The notes beneath the pieces were generated by a model. It saw nothing but the letters and a program-made list of their open reading frames with translations, did not search any database and had not been told where the DNA came from. Below are positions 45,014-56,696 of a stretch of 64,000 nucleotides of DNA, in pieces. The DNA is from an uncultured SAR86 cluster bacterium (GTDB lineage: Bacteria > Pseudomonadota > Gammaproteobacteria > Magnimaribacterales > D2472). Position numbers and translations under genes: made by a program. Positions within the stretch are counted from its first letter, which is position 1. The number at the start of each line of letters is the position of its first letter. The stretch is taken from contig CACKEY010000002.1 in assembly GCA_902599315.1 (NCBI GenBank), positions 151,647-215,646 of the forward strand, given 5' to 3'.

Positions 45014-45754
45014 TTATCCAGCCTTATCAGAGGTAATAATATTTTGGTTTTTTTTATTTGAAAGTAGCATTGACTTAATTTCACCAATTGCTTCATTAGG
45101 ATTAAGCCCCTTAGGACAAACACTCACACAGTTCATGATCCCATGACATCTATAAACACTAAATGGATCAGATAGACTTTGAAGTCTCTCTGCAGTTTTT
45201 GTATCTCTCGAATCTGCAATAAACCTATATGCCTGTAAAAGAGCTGCCGGACCAACAAACTTATCAGGATTCCACCAAAAGGATGGGCAGCTTGTTGAGC
45301 AACAAGCACAGAGGATACATTCATAAAGACCATCTAACTTGTCTCTTTCTTCTGGTGATTGCAATCTCTCTCCAATATCAACAGGAGTATCGTTTTGAAG
45401 AAAGGGCTTAATCTTTTCATATTGAGCATAAAACTCAGTCATATCTACAACTAAATCTCTCACAACAGGAAGGCCTGGTAATGGTCTAAGATCTAGCTTA
45501 TTTTTTTTGATAACTGATGATAATGGCGTGATACAAGCTAGGCCATTTTTTCCATTGATATTCATCCCATCAGAACCACAAACTCCCTCTCTACAAGAAC
45601 GTCTATATGAAATGGTAGGATCCTTTTCTTTAAGCTGATTGAGCAGTTCTAACACCATTATGTCTCTTTTAGGCTTTTCAAATTCAAAACTTTGCATATA
45701 AGGAAATTTATCCTTTTCTGGATTGTATCTATATATATTGATGCTAATTGTCAT
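45014..45754 (-). CDS. sdhB: Succinate dehydrogenase Fe-S subunit
   Basis: [34 protein letters not shown]. Confidence 0.98.
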   Translation of the reverse strand: MTISINIYRYNPEKDKFPYMQSFEFEKPKRDIMVLELLNQLKEKDPTISYRRSCREGVCGSDGMNINGKNGLACITPLSSVIKKNKLDLRPLPGLPVVRDLVVDMTEFYAQYEKIKPFLQNDTPVDIGERLQSPEERDKLDGLYECILCACCSTSCPSFWWNPDKFVGPAALLQAYRFIADSRDTKTAERLQSLSDPFSVYRCHGIMNCVSVCPKGLNPNEAIGEIKSMLLSNKKNQNIITSDKAG

Positions 45755-45763
45755 TATTTTCTC

Positions 45764-47548
45764 TCAATAAGTTCTTACTTTTGGAGGAAATGCTTCAACT
45801 TGAGAAGGCTCAAAATTAACATGTCTTTTACCTAAAGATTTTGTTGTGGGATCATATAACGAATGGCATAACCAATTCTCATCGTCTCGATCAGGATAAT
45901 CTTCTCTAGCATGCGCTCCTCTACTTTCAGTTCTTTGAAGAGAGGAAATAGCAGTTGCCTCAGCAACCTCAAATAAGTTTTGCAATTCTATAGCTTCTAC
46001 TCTATTTGTATTGAATGCGGCGCTTTTATCTATTAAATGAAGATTCTCAATTTTTTCGCGTATACCATTCAAGGCAGCAACACCTTTTTCCATGTAATCG
46101 CCTCTTCTAAAAACACCAAAGTAATTCTGCATAACTTCTTGAAGTTCTTTTTTTACTGTTGAAACTTCATAACCTGATGAGGATTCATTTAATATATTTA
46201 AATTGTGAAGCGCTTTATCAATGTCATCTTTACCAGCATCTGCAACGCCGCCGCCAGACTTCATAGCTTGATTAATATGAATACCAGCGGCTCTTCCAAA
46301 AACAACCAAATCTAAAAGAGAATTACCACCAAGTCTGTTAGCACCATGAACTGAAACGCATGCAGCCTCACCTACTGAAAAAAGTCCTGGAATATATTCA
46401 TCATTGGAGCTGCTTATTTTAAATGCTTGGCCATTAATATTTGTTGGGGTGCCACCCATCATGTAATGACATGTTGGAACTACTGGAATTGGTTCATAAA
46501 CTGGATCGACAGCTGCAAAGGTTCTAGATAGTTCGCATATGCCTGGTAATTTTGCATTTAATACATCTGCTCCAAGGTGATCAAGCTTAAGAAATACATG
46601 ATCTTTTTCATCACCGCATCCTCGCCCTTCAAGAATTTCTAAAACCATTGAACGAGCAACCACATCTCTTCCGGCAAGATCTTTAGCATTGGGAGCATAT
46701 CGCTCCATAAATCTTTCTCCGTCTTTATTTATAAGATAGCCTCCCTCACCTCTACATCCTTCTGTAACTAGGGATCCAGCGCCATAAATTCCAGTCGGAT
46801 GGAATTGCCACATTTCCATATCTTGCGCAGGGATACCTGCTCTAAGGGACATTCCAAGACCATCACCAGTGTTTATGAGGGCATTTGTTGTTGAGGAATA
46901 TATCCTTCCAGCTCCTCCAGTTGCTAGGACAGTTGCTTGAGACTTTAGATACGCAACCTCTCCAGACTCAATAGAAAATGCAATTACTCCTGTAACTTCT
47001 TTTAATTGATTGAGAACCAAGTCAACTGCAAACCATTCATTTAGAAAATTAGATCCTTCTTTTACATTGTTCTGATATAGAGTGTGCAATAAAGCATGTC
47101 CTGTTCTATCTGCAGCAGCACATGTTCTCGCAGCTTGGCCACCTTTTCCAAAATCCTTAGACTGACCACCAAATGGCCGTTGATAAATTCTACCATTTTC
47201 AGTTCTAGAGAAAGGTAACCCCATGTGTTCAAGTTCAAAAACTGCTTTTGGTCCTTCAGAACACATATACTCGATTGCATCTTGATCTCCAATGTAATCT
47301 GATCCCTTAACAGTATCGTACATATGCCATCGCCAGTCATCTTGAGGATCAGCACTGGCAATTGCACAAGTTATGCCTCCTTGGGCTGAGACAGTATGAG
47401 ACCTAGTTGGAAATACTTTTGAAACAACAGCTGTTTTTAATCCAGATTTGGCTAGTTCAAGAGATGTTCTCATTCCTGAACCGCCTCCACCAATAACCAA
47501 AACATCAAATTCAAGTGTTGTGATATTAGAAGAATTTAAAATATTCAA
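45764..47548 (-). CDS. sdhA: Succinate dehydrogenase flavoprotein
   Basis: [33 protein letters not shown]. Confidence 0.98.
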   Translation of the reverse strand: MNILNSSNITTLEFDVLVIGGGGSGMRTSLELAKSGLKTAVVSKVFPTRSHTVSAQGGITCAIASADPQDDWRWHMYDTVKGSDYIGDQDAIEYMCSEGPKAVFELEHMGLPFSRTENGRIYQRPFGGQSKDFGKGGQAARTCAAADRTGHALLHTLYQNNVKEGSNFLNEWFAVDLVLNQLKEVTGVIAFSIESGEVAYLKSQATVLATGGAGRIYSSTTNALINTGDGLGMSLRAGIPAQDMEMWQFHPTGIYGAGSLVTEGCRGEGGYLINKDGERFMERYAPNAKDLAGRDVVARSMVLEILEGRGCGDEKDHVFLKLDHLGADVLNAKLPGICELSRTFAAVDPVYEPIPVVPTCHYMMGGTPTNINGQAFKISSSNDEYIPGLFSVGEAACVSVHGANRLGGNSLLDLVVFGRAAGIHINQAMKSGGGVADAGKDDIDKALHNLNILNESSSGYEVSTVKKELQEVMQNYFGVFRRGDYMEKGVAALNGIREKIENLHLIDKSAAFNTNRVEAIELQNLFEVAEATAISSLQRTESRGAHAREDYPDRDDENWLCHSLYDPTTKSLGKRHVNFEPSQVEAFPPKVRTY

Positions 47549-47551
47549 AAT

Positions 47552-47911
47552 TTAACTCCAAATAATAAATAAAGTTGTTGTAACAATTAAAAAGCCCAGA
47601 GCTACAAATATGATTGTGTAGGCGCCTCTAATAAAATCTGCATATCTGATAAGAGTAGGACTTATAAATCCAAGTGTTCTTGAGGTGAAATAATCTGTGC
47701 CTACGGTCCACAAACCAATGAATGCATGAATGAGCATGAACAGAAAAGCAAAGGTAGTTGAAAATTGAAATAGTGATTGATTAGTGAATGAAACCCAAGC
47801 AACATAATCGATGGGCTTGTTAGTTAATATGAAGCTCAATATCCATAGCGAGTATCCCAGCACAAAAAGAGCTGATAAGCGAACAAGATAAAATAGTGTC
47901 GAACCATTCAT
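47552..47911 (-). CDS. sdhD: Succinate dehydrogenase membrane anchor
   Basis: HAFIGLWTVGTDY; synteny. Confidence 0.9.
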   Translation of the reverse strand: MNGSTLFYLVRLSALFVLGYSLWILSFILTNKPIDYVAWVSFTNQSLFQFSTTFAFLFMLIHAFIGLWTVGTDYFTSRTLGFISPTLIRYADFIRGAYTIIFVALGFLIVTTTLFIIWS

Positions 47912-48315
47912 ATGTATAATCCCGACATTACAACAAAAAATAATAAAATCCAGATAAATAAAACAAGATATGAAGATAGCCTTGAGGTGATCAATGATTC
48001 CCCAATATGAATATCCTGAAGCAAGTGTCTAAATCCAGTTAATAGATGATAGAAATAAACAAGGAAGCTAAAAGTAACAAATGTTGAGAATAAATTAGGA
48101 TTATTTAACATATTATAAACAAACATAAAATCATTATAACTTTTTGTTGAAAAGTATAGTAGATATAGGGCAAGAGGAAGAGTTACAAAAAAATTATATA
48201 TTCCGGATAATCTATGCGTGATAGATATAAATGCAGATACAGGTAGCTTAATCTGCATTAGGTTAATAAATACTGGTCTATATACAGGCCTAATTTTATT
48301 TTGATTAGTAGACAA
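47908..48315 (-). CDS. sdhC: Succinate dehydrogenase cytochrome b556 subunit
   Basis: RPV, SITHRLSG, YHLLTGFRHLLQD. Confidence 0.93.
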   Translation of the reverse strand: MSTNQNKIRPVYRPVFINLMQIKLPVSAFISITHRLSGIYNFFVTLPLALYLLYFSTKSYNDFMFVYNMLNNPNLFSTFVTFSFLVYFYHLLTGFRHLLQDIHIGESLITSRLSSYLVLFIWILLFFVVMSGLYI

Positions 48316-48492
48316 AAGTTCCTTTATTGCGTGGTATTAATTATATTGTAACAATTATTTAAGTTATATCCCAAACTATTTTTGTAGCGTGATTTGAAAT
48401 TATATGAGATTAATTGTCAATAAATAAAAAAAGTTTGTTTTTAAAGGGTTTAAAGACTATACATTAAGTAGCTAAACTACAAATATTTAATA

Positions 48493-49881
48493 TTACTTAT
48501 TTTTTTTTGTATATTTTACAAGACGTTTTTTCTTTTTAATTTGCCTGGAAGTTAATTTATTTTTTTTACCGTCATATGGATTATCGCCCTTTTTAAAACT
48601 GATCTTAAGTTCTATGCTTTTTAGATTAAGCTCATTCCTGAAAGAATTGATCAAATATTGTTTAAAATTTAATGGGATTTTAGAAGAAAAATTAGAGTGA
48701 ATTATCAATTTGGTAGGGTGTATTCCGCCAAAATGAACATATCTCATTTTAATCTGTCTTCCAGATATGGTTGGAAGATTGATTGAGCTTGTGAATTTCT
48801 TAAGTAATTTATTTAAGCGTCCAGTAGAAAAATTAGTTTTTGCCAGTTTGTTTACCCTTAAAAGCGTTCTAAAAAGTATTTTGAAACCATTTTTATGTAA
48901 TGCAGAAATTTTAATTACATGCAAATTACTTAAAGCAGAATTTTGAAATTTTTTTGTCTCTATTAATTGATGGATATCTGTTTTCGATAATTCATCAATT
49001 TTATTTAGAGCTACAATTACCGGCTTACCATAACTTCTTACTAGATTTAAAATCCTGAGATCTTGATCTACAACTCCATTTGTAGCATCTATCAACATTA
49101 ACACGATATCTGATTCGTCAACTGAATGCATAGCTCTTACATATGAAAAATACTCAACGGCCTGACTTTGTTTAAATTTTTTCCGAATTCCAGCAGTATC
49201 AATAAAAATGAAATCCTCTTCATTAAAAGAAAACGGGACATGAATAGAATCTATAGTTGTACCAGGTATATTAGATACAATTAAACGGTTTTGTTTTGTA
49301 AATTGGTTTATAAAAGTTGATTTACCAGCGTTTGGCCTACCAATTACAGCAATTTTTGTTCCATTATTCTCATCGTATTCTTCAGCCAAATGATCAAATT
49401 GTTTTGCAATTTGAATTTGCAGTTCTTTGAGTCCTCTTGAATGCTCAGCACTAATTTCAATTATGTCAATTACTCCTTTTTGCATTAAATCGTGTTTTGC
49501 ATTTGATTGTTTTTTTATATCAATTTTATTTAATACAACAAAAAAATTTTTATTCATTTTGCGAATAACTTGAAGTAAATTGATGTCATCAAGTGTTAAC
49601 TCTTCTGAGGCATCAATAACTAACAATAAAAGATTAGAATCTTCTGCAGCTATAATTGCCTGTTTTGTGATCGCCTCAGTGAATTCAGTAACCTCTGAAC
49701 CAATACCGCCTGTATCAATTATTAAATAACGATGATCTTTAATAGATAGATACCCAAAATTTCTGTCTTTTGTAAGACCAGAATAATCTGAAACAATTGC
49801 GTTTCGTGTTTTTGTTAACTTGTTAAATAGAGATGATTTACCAACATTTGGTCTGCCAAGAATTGCTATGGAATTTAACAT
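48493..49881 (-). CDS. der: Ribosome biogenesis GTPase Der
   Basis: Two G domains (GRPNVGKS, GRPNAGKS) plus KH-like tail. Confidence 0.97.
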   Translation of the reverse strand: MLNSIAILGRPNVGKSSLFNKLTKTRNAIVSDYSGLTKDRNFGYLSIKDHRYLIIDTGGIGSEVTEFTEAITKQAIIAAEDSNLLLLVIDASEELTLDDINLLQVIRKMNKNFFVVLNKIDIKKQSNAKHDLMQKGVIDIIEISAEHSRGLKELQIQIAKQFDHLAEEYDENNGTKIAVIGRPNAGKSTFINQFTKQNRLIVSNIPGTTIDSIHVPFSFNEEDFIFIDTAGIRKKFKQSQAVEYFSYVRAMHSVDESDIVLMLIDATNGVVDQDLRILNLVRSYGKPVIVALNKIDELSKTDIHQLIETKKFQNSALSNLHVIKISALHKNGFKILFRTLLRVNKLAKTNFSTGRLNKLLKKFTSSINLPTISGRQIKMRYVHFGGIHPTKLIIHSNFSSKIPLNFKQYLINSFRNELNLKSIELKISFKKGDNPYDGKKNKLTSRQIKKKKRLVKYTKKNK

Positions 49882-49895
49882 TATTCAAATACATT

Positions 49896-51041
49896 TTAAA
49901 AAGAAACTGCAACTATATTAGATTCTTGATCGATTACATATGCAAGATTTCTAAACGATACTATGCTAACAATTGGATTACCAGACACCTTTCTTCTTCC
50001 TACAGTCATACCTGTCAAAGTGTTAATAACATGTATGTACCCTTCTAAATCACCCACAAGCATCAAGTTGTCATACATGGATCCATTTGAAAGTTCTCTG
50101 CGAAGATATTCTTCTGAACTCCATGAAGGAGATAAATTTGTCATTGAAAAAGATAGTATTGAGCCATCATCTTGGATCACCATGAGCATATTGTTACCAA
50201 TAACAGGAGAATGGAAAGAAGATGCTTCTGCATTCCAAACAGGTCTTTTTTGAGCAAGATCAAATGCTGTTAATCTACCTTGGTAATTTGTAGCAAAAAT
50301 TAATTGCTGAGCTATAACTGGCGATGAATCAGAATCAATTAAATTTTCTAGTTCAGATGTGCCTTCAACAAAAGATATTGGCCCATCCCAAAGAAAATAT
50401 CCTGTATCTAAATCAAATGCTCCTATTCTGCCATTATCGAAAGTTGAGTAAACAATATTATTTTCAATAATAGGTTCGCCTGTTCCTCGAACGGTAAGTG
50501 CCGGTAATTGAGATCTAAATGACCACTTTTGCTCGCCAGTTAAGCTATCTAAAGCTACTAATTCTCCTGCTGAATTCTTAACAATTATCAATGAGGGAGA
50601 AATGACTCCATTGATTAGAATTTCTCCTCCAACACTTTTTTCCCATAAGGTTTCTTTGGTAATTGAATCTATAGCTATCACAAAACCATTGGTATCAGAA
50701 ACAATGATCTTACCGAAACCAGATGCAGTTCCAGCAGACAAATTTCTTTTTAGATCTATTTCCCAATTAATTTTGCCAGTACTTGGATTAATCGATACAA
50801 GATTACCATCAGGGTCAGCTACAATCATTTCGTCAGAATAGAAAGATGGTACAAATGATCCTAGATCATTTTCGCCATTAAAAGATCTTTTCCATTTAAC
50901 CTCTATTGGGTATTGATTTTGTATCTTTGTCAGCTTGACAGGTTCAGCAGTCTCTTCCTCTGCATCGTCCGACCAAAAAGCAAGTGTTGAGCATGATGAG
51001 ATAAAAAATAGCGTAATTGCAAAAACTATATTTATTTTCAT
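49896..51041 (-). CDS. bamB: Outer-membrane assembly lipoprotein BamB
   Basis: Lipobox ISSC, PQQ-like repeats, LTVRG; synteny. Confidence 0.9.
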   Translation of the reverse strand: MKINIVFAITLFFISSCSTLAFWSDDAEEETAEPVKLTKIQNQYPIEVKWKRSFNGENDLGSFVPSFYSDEMIVADPDGNLVSINPSTGKINWEIDLKRNLSAGTASGFGKIIVSDTNGFVIAIDSITKETLWEKSVGGEILINGVISPSLIIVKNSAGELVALDSLTGEQKWSFRSQLPALTVRGTGEPIIENNIVYSTFDNGRIGAFDLDTGYFLWDGPISFVEGTSELENLIDSDSSPVIAQQLIFATNYQGRLTAFDLAQKRPVWNAEASSFHSPVIGNNMLMVIQDDGSILSFSMTNLSPSWSSEEYLRRELSNGSMYDNLMLVGDLEGYIHVINTLTGMTVGRRKVSGNPIVSIVSFRNLAYVIDQESNIVAVSF

Positions 51042-51044
51042 TTC

Positions 51045-51680
51045 TTATAACTCAATGGAATTTATTTTTATATTAAGAATAGATTTTTGCGATTCATTAC
51101 GAGCATTTTCTATTGCTAATTCATATTGCTCCATTGCAAGCTCCTCTTTTTTCAAACCAACAAGAGCGTCACCTTTTATCTCATAAACCATTGGATGTTC
51201 TGAATTTGAAGCAAAAGAATCTAAAACTTTTAGGACATTGGTGAAATTCTTATTGCTTAACTCGATTCTTGCAATATTAATTTTAGCTACTGAATTAAGT
51301 ACATCATTTCCAAAATAACCCGAGGTATCATCTAAAAGTAGTCTAAAATTTTCTAATGCCTCAGAAAGATTCCCCTGTCTAGCTAGATTTGAACCATTAA
51401 TCATAATAGCTAGTTGCGCATAGCCCGTACCTGAAAAAGTATCTTGCAATTCATCAAAAATCTCTCTTGCGCTTTCATTATTAGATTCAAGAGCTGTTAA
51501 CCAAGAGTCATATATTGTTGCAGCATCAGAATTTCTTTTTTCCTTGTATGACTGAAAACTGATTATAGAAATTAAAGAAATGAATATTATTGCAAGTGAA
51601 GACAATATAATCGTCTTATAGTCCTTAAAAAAATTTATAACAGCGGCAAATCTTTCTTCATCTGAATTGTACTCTGCCAT
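51045..51680 (-). CDS. yfgM: YfgM (SecYEG ancillary, TPR-like)
   Basis: Single N-terminal TM, GYA, EIKGD; hisS-yfgM-bamB synteny. Confidence 0.85.
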   Translation of the reverse strand: MAEYNSDEERFAAVINFFKDYKTIILSSLAIIFISLISIISFQSYKEKRNSDAATIYDSWLTALESNNESAREIFDELQDTFSGTGYAQLAIMINGSNLARQGNLSEALENFRLLLDDTSGYFGNDVLNSVAKINIARIELSNKNFTNVLKVLDSFASNSEHPMVYEIKGDALVGLKKEELAMEQYELAIENARNESQKSILNIKINSIEL

Positions 51681-51688
51681 GACTTCTC

Positions 51689-52933
51689 CTAAAGATTGAT
51701 ATATTGGTTGATCAACTCTTGCACGCTTAGTATTTCTTGCTCACCTTTTTCACGCAGATCTTTCCATATAACTTGGTTGTTCTTTGATTCTTGTTCACCA
51801 ATAATTACTGCAAAGCTACATCCAGATTTGTTAGCTTTTCTAAGTTGAGATTTTATACTTCCATTACTCAAAAAAGTATTAAGACTAATAGAATTATTGG
51901 CTAATCTTAAATCATTGGCTATTTTATATGTTTTTTTATTAATCTGCTCTTCACTGACAATAAATCCAACTTTTATTTTTTGAGATAAATCATCCATGTT
52001 TATTAGCTGCACAATTCTTTCTACACCAATTGCAAAACCAATAGAATGCATATCTTTGCCACCAAGTTGATTTGAGAGATTGTCATATCTCCCTCCACCA
52101 AGAAAAGCGTCTTGCGATCCAAGCTCTTTAGAAACTGTTTCAAAGACAATTCCAGTATAGTAGTCTAATCCTCTTACTAATGATTGATCAATTTGAATAT
52201 CACATTGATCTTTAAAAGCGCTCACAAGACCTTCTAAAAATACTTTAGACTCCTCAGATATGAAGTCTTGATATTTAGGAGCATTTTTTAATAATTCTAT
52301 GGTAGACGATTCTTTTGAATCCAAAATTCTTAAAGGATTAGAACCAAGTCTTGCTTTGTCTTTTTCATGCAATTCATTTACATTTGGCTCAAGAAATTTA
52401 ACAAGAGATTTACAAAAACTCTCTTTTGCATCCGCATCACCAAGATGGTTTATCTTAAGAGTATATTCGCTAATGCCTAATGATTGATTTATCTGCAGAA
52501 TCATAGATATTAACTCATGGTCTGCAGCTCCTTCATCAAACCCAAGATATTCGACTCCTATTTGATGAAACTGCCTAAATCTTCCCTTTTGAGGTCTTTC
52601 ATATCGAAACATTGGCCCTTGATACCACACTTTATGTTTATCTTGCTCTTGCTTTTTTTGAATAATTGCCCTGATGATGCTGGCAGAACCTTCTGGTCTC
52701 AGACTGATACTTTCTTTATTACGATCTAAGAAAGAATAAAGTTCTTTGTTGACAATATCAGATGAATTACCCACTGATCTTGAAAAAAGTTCTGTAGATT
52801 CTAACAAAGGGGTTCTGATTTCATTAATGTCGAAAGAATGAAAGATTTGAAAGAGCTTTGATTCAAAGTAATGCCATTTTTCTAGATCCTCGGGAAATAG
52901 ATCAGGCATGCCTCTTAATGATTGAATTTTCAA
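51689..52933 (-). CDS. hisS: Histidine--tRNA ligase
   Basis: LRPEG, FRYERPQKGRFRQF, LVRGLDYY, GGGRYD. Confidence 0.98.
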   Translation of the reverse strand: MKIQSLRGMPDLFPEDLEKWHYFESKLFQIFHSFDINEIRTPLLESTELFSRSVGNSSDIVNKELYSFLDRNKESISLRPEGSASIIRAIIQKKQEQDKHKVWYQGPMFRYERPQKGRFRQFHQIGVEYLGFDEGAADHELISMILQINQSLGISEYTLKINHLGDADAKESFCKSLVKFLEPNVNELHEKDKARLGSNPLRILDSKESSTIELLKNAPKYQDFISEESKVFLEGLVSAFKDQCDIQIDQSLVRGLDYYTGIVFETVSKELGSQDAFLGGGRYDNLSNQLGGKDMHSIGFAIGVERIVQLINMDDLSQKIKVGFIVSEEQINKKTYKIANDLRLANNSISLNTFLSNGSIKSQLRKANKSGCSFAVIIGEQESKNNQVIWKDLREKGEQEILSVQELINQYINL

Positions 52934-52936
52934 TGT

Positions 52937-54034
52937 TTAACCTTTAACAATTATTTCAACAGCATTTTTCTTTTGGAGTTGTTCTTTCACTTGCTCTTCT
53001 ATTGTATCAACAAGTTTTTCATTTGAAATTTTCTTTGAGGGTAATCCATCAACGTATAATAAATTGCTAGGTCCTCCAGTTAAACCAACGTCTGCTGCCT
53101 TTGACTCACCAGGACCGTTTACATAACAACCAATTATTGCAACCTCCAGATCTTCAGAAATTCCCTCAAACCTTGTTTCTAATTCATTAACCACCTCAAT
53201 AACATTGAAGTTCTGCCTAGAACAACTTGGACAAGCAACGATTCTGATACCTCGACTCCTTAAATTGAGGCTTTTTAAAATGTCCCAGCCAATTTTAACC
53301 TCATCCACTGGATCAGAAGCCAAAGACACTCTGACAGTATCTCCAATACCCTCTGATAGAAGCATACCTAAACCAATAGAGGATTTAACTGAACCCGCTC
53401 TATAACTTCCTGATTCGGTAATTCCAAGATGTAATGGTTGATCTAGCAGTTCTGAAATCTTCCTATAACTTTCAACAGTCATTTGAATATTTGATGCTTT
53501 TAAACTGAGCTTAAAATTGGAAAAATCATGCTTATCCAAAATATCTACATGTCGCAAGGCCGATTCAACCAAAGCATCAGAATTTGGTTCTCCATATTTT
53601 TTCTGGAGGTCCTTTTCAAGAGAGCCAGCATTCACTCCTATTCTTATTGGAATATTATTATCAGTAGCAGCTTGTATTATTTCTTTAACTTTTGCTTCTT
53701 TACCTATATTACCTGGATTAATCCTGAGGCAATCCGCAGAATCAGCTACAAGCAAAGCAATTTTATAGTCAAAGTGAATATCTGCAACTAAAGGAATTGA
53801 TACAGAGCCTTTGATTTTTTTAAATGCCTTTGCGCATTCATTATCAGGAACTGAAACTCTTACAATGTCAGCACCAGCTGCTTGCAATTGTTCAATCTGA
53901 TTAACAGTTGCTTGAACATCAGCAGTATTTGTATTTGTCATGGATTGAACAGATATTGGATGATCGCCACCAACACCGACATCACCGACAAATATATGAT
54001 CAGTTTTTTTTCTTTTTATCCAAGAATTATTCAT
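52937..54034 (-). CDS. ispG: HMBPP synthase
   Basis: [28 protein letters not shown]. Confidence 0.98.
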   Translation of the reverse strand: MNNSWIKRKKTDHIFVGDVGVGGDHPISVQSMTNTNTADVQATVNQIEQLQAAGADIVRVSVPDNECAKAFKKIKGSVSIPLVADIHFDYKIALLVADSADCLRINPGNIGKEAKVKEIIQAATDNNIPIRIGVNAGSLEKDLQKKYGEPNSDALVESALRHVDILDKHDFSNFKLSLKASNIQMTVESYRKISELLDQPLHLGITESGSYRAGSVKSSIGLGMLLSEGIGDTVRVSLASDPVDEVKIGWDILKSLNLRSRGIRIVACPSCSRQNFNVIEVVNELETRFEGISEDLEVAIIGCYVNGPGESKAADVGLTGGPSNLLYVDGLPSKKISNEKLVDTIEEQVKEQLQKKNAVEIIVKG

Positions 54035-54606
54035 TCATCAAGCTCTATTGAATAAACATTAACATTGCTTTCATTTGAATCAAGTTTATCTGTATACAAG
54101 AAATCATTGATCTGATTATTTAACTCATTTATTTCAGATTTAAGACTTTGCTCTGGTTCAACATTCAATTCTAATGAGTCTGGCATTACTGGATTTGTAG
54201 AGGTTTCATCACTTTTTTCTTCAATAGAATCACCTAAAATCACAAGAAAAATAATTGCAATTAAAGTGATAACAACTAAAAGAGAAGAAAATATTTTATT
54301 TTTCTCTAAAAAAGGCTCCGGATGATTTCTCAATTTTTCTTCTCTTTCAGCCTTTTCAATTAAATCTAAATTAAAAATATCAAAAAACGTTGCCTCTATT
54401 GAGAGAAAGTTAGCGTATTTTTCGAAATATTTTAGTGCGTATGTTCTTGCAGGAAAAACTGAATAGTCTCCTGATTCTATCGCCCTGATATATTCAATAT
54501 TGATAACTGCTTCAATTGAAACTTCAGTTAGGCTTAAAGATTTCTGCAATCTAGCGTCCTTAAAAATTTTGCCTACTTTTGCAGTTTGAGCTGATTTGAG
54601 GTTCAT
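54031..54606 (-). CDS. rodZ: RodZ-like HTH + TM protein, C-terminally shortened
   Basis: N-terminal Xre HTH (YIRAIESG...YANFL), one TM; sits between rlmN and ispG. Confidence 0.75.
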   Translation of the reverse strand: MNLKSAQTAKVGKIFKDARLQKSLSLTEVSIEAVINIEYIRAIESGDYSVFPARTYALKYFEKYANFLSIEATFFDIFNLDLIEKAEREEKLRNHPEPFLEKNKIFSSLLVVITLIAIIFLVILGDSIEEKSDETSTNPVMPDSLELNVEPEQSLKSEINELNNQINDFLYTDKLDSNESNVNVYSIELDE

Positions 54607-55697
54607 GACGTATTAATAAGATTAATTGAATTCCCTGTATTTTTTCCTCTAATACTCTTAGTAAGCTTGCCAACAAGTTGGCCACAAGCTCCATCTATTG
54701 CATCACCTCGGGTTATTCTTAAAGTCGTGATCATTCCTTTTTGTATTAGAAAATCTTTAAATGCTTGAATAGTGTTATCGGAAGATCTTGAATAATTGCT
54801 GCCATCAAAGGGATTAAAAGGAATCAGATTTATCTTACATGAGACTCCTTTTAATACTTTCACTAACTCTTTAGCATGCTCTATTGAATCATTCACTCCT
54901 TCAATTAATATGTATTCAATGGTTATTGTATGTCGCTTACTTTTATCTTTAAGGTACTTTTTACATGAATTCAACAATTGATCTAATGGATATTTTTTGT
55001 TTATGGGTACTATTTCATTTCTAAGGGTATTATTTGCGGCATGCAAAGAAATGGCTAGAGAAACGTCAGTTCTTGATGAGAGCTTATCTATTTCAGGAAC
55101 TATTCCAGATGTACTGAGGGTAATCCTTCTTTTCGATAAACCATAAGCATTTTGATGCTGCATTAAACTTATTGAATCTAAAACAGGTTCAATGTTAAGA
55201 AGAGGTTCTCCCATGCCCATAAATACAATATTTGAAATTGGTTGAGCAAATTCTTCATTGAAATTTGCTAACCATAGCTGACCTATAATTTCAGCACTCG
55301 ACAAATTTCTTTCAAAACCCTGATGGCCGGTAGCGCAAAAAGTACATTGCAATGCGCATCCTGCTTGAGAAGATATACATAAAGTGAGCCTTTTCTTTTC
55401 CGGTATTTTTACCATTTCTATCATTGATCCTGAATCAAGTTTAATTAAATATTTTTTAGTGCCTTCAGGTGAAGTCAAGCATTCTTCAATTATTGGTGGT
55501 TTTATCTCTGCAACTTCCAAGAGTTGGTTTCTTAGGTTCGCACTAAAGTCAGTCATTTCGTCAAAATCAATAACTCCCCTTTGATGAACCCATTTCATAA
55601 ATTGCGAAGCCTTGAAATTTGGTTCACCTAATGAATTAAAAAAATTAACTAAAGAATCATGAGTTAATCCTAATAAGTTAATTTTTTCTTTTGACAC
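54603..55697 (-). CDS. rlmN: Dual-specificity 23S rRNA/tRNA m2A methyltransferase
   Basis: CALQCTFC, MGMGEP, ACGQL. Confidence 0.97.
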   Translation of the reverse strand: MSKEKINLLGLTHDSLVNFFNSLGEPNFKASQFMKWVHQRGVIDFDEMTDFSANLRNQLLEVAEIKPPIIEECLTSPEGTKKYLIKLDSGSMIEMVKIPEKKRLTLCISSQAGCALQCTFCATGHQGFERNLSSAEIIGQLWLANFNEEFAQPISNIVFMGMGEPLLNIEPVLDSISLMQHQNAYGLSKRRITLSTSGIVPEIDKLSSRTDVSLAISLHAANNTLRNEIVPINKKYPLDQLLNSCKKYLKDKSKRHTITIEYILIEGVNDSIEHAKELVKVLKGVSCKINLIPFNPFDGSNYSRSSDNTIQAFKDFLIQKGMITTLRITRGDAIDGACGQLVGKLTKSIRGKNTGNSINLINTS

Positions 55698-55701
55698 TTA
55701 C

Positions 55702-56121
55702 TTAAAAAATCTCACTATCGTCAAAAAAGTAAGAAATCTCCCTAGATGCACTTTCCACTGAGTCAGATCCATGTACTGCATTTGCATCAATTGTTTCAGC
55801 AAAATCAGCTCTAATGGTTCCTGATTCTGCCTCACTTGGATTAGTGGCTCCCATTAAATCTCTATTTTTTAAAATAGCATTCTCTCCCTCAAGGACTTGA
55901 ACAAAAACTGGAGCTGATGTCATATATTTAACAAGATTTGCAAAAAAGGGCTTTCCATCATGCTCAGCGTAGAATCCTGCAGCTTTGTCTTGGTCCATGT
56001 GAATTAACTTTCCTGCAACAACCCTAAGGCCGTTACTCTCAAATCTATCAATAATTTTGCCAATAATATTTCTTGACGTTGCATCGGGTTTTATGATCGA
56101 TAATGTACGTTGGATTGTCAT
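55702..56121 (-). CDS. ndk: Nucleoside diphosphate kinase
   Basis: [22 protein letters not shown]. Confidence 0.98.
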   Translation of the reverse strand: MTIQRTLSIIKPDATSRNIIGKIIDRFESNGLRVVAGKLIHMDQDKAAGFYAEHDGKPFFANLVKYMTSAPVFVQVLEGENAILKNRDLMGATNPSEAESGTIRADFAETIDANAVHGSDSVESASREISYFFDDSEIF

Positions 56122-56157
56122 AGAGTGATTCCTAATTTTTGCGACATTATAGTTTAG

Positions 56158-56358
56158 TTAGTCTAATTCATCTATCCAAGCCATTTGAATAGCTTCTAAA
56201 ATTTTCTCATTTGAACTATTCGGGTCACCAATGAAGTGATCCAGGTTGCATATTTTTTTATGCAAATCAGGAAAACTTATCCACTGAGGATCAATTTCAG
56301 GAAAGTTTTCACACAATTCTATAGCAATTTCTTGTATGTCTGTCCAATTAATTTCCAT
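56158..56358 (-). CDS. iscX: Fe-S assembly protein IscX
   Basis: WTDIQEIAIEL...SNEKILEAIQMAW. Confidence 0.95.
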   Translation of the reverse strand: MEINWTDIQEIAIELCENFPEIDPQWISFPDLHKKICNLDHFIGDPNSSNEKILEAIQMAWIDELD

Positions 56359-56696
56359 TAGTGGTCTTCGGAAACCAGGTTAATGGTGTATTTTGGAATT
56401 CTAATGACTGTCATCTCATCAACAGGATATGCCTGACAGCCTAATCTAGAATTTTGCTCAAGCCCCCATGCTTTATCAAGCTGATCCTCTTCCTCATCAG
56501 AAGCATCCTCTAAATTATTAAAACCGTCTTCAATAATGATATGGCATGTTGTACATGCACAAGACATTTCACACGCATGCTCGATCTTAATCTTACTTCT
56601 TAGGCATGCCTCTAAAATACTTTCGCCAGGAAGGGCTTCTATAATAGCACCCTCAGGACAAAATTCTTCGTGAGGTAAAATTTTTATTTTTTTTTT
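56358..56696 (-). CDS. fdx: ISC [2Fe-2S] ferredoxin with no ATG/GTG/TTG start (possible IscA fusion by slippage, or ATA start at 56687)
   Basis: Frame reads KKKIKILPHEEFCPEGAIIEALPGESILEACLRSKIKIEHACEMSCACTTCH...SRLGCQ. The track's Met at 56567 lies inside the cluster motif. Confidence 0.9.
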   Translation of the reverse strand, partial: KKKIKILPHEEFCPEGAIIEALPGESILEACLRSKIKIEHACEMSCACTTCHIIIEDGFNNLEDASDEEEDQLDKAWGLEQNSRLGCQAYPVDEMTVIRIPKYTINLVSEDH

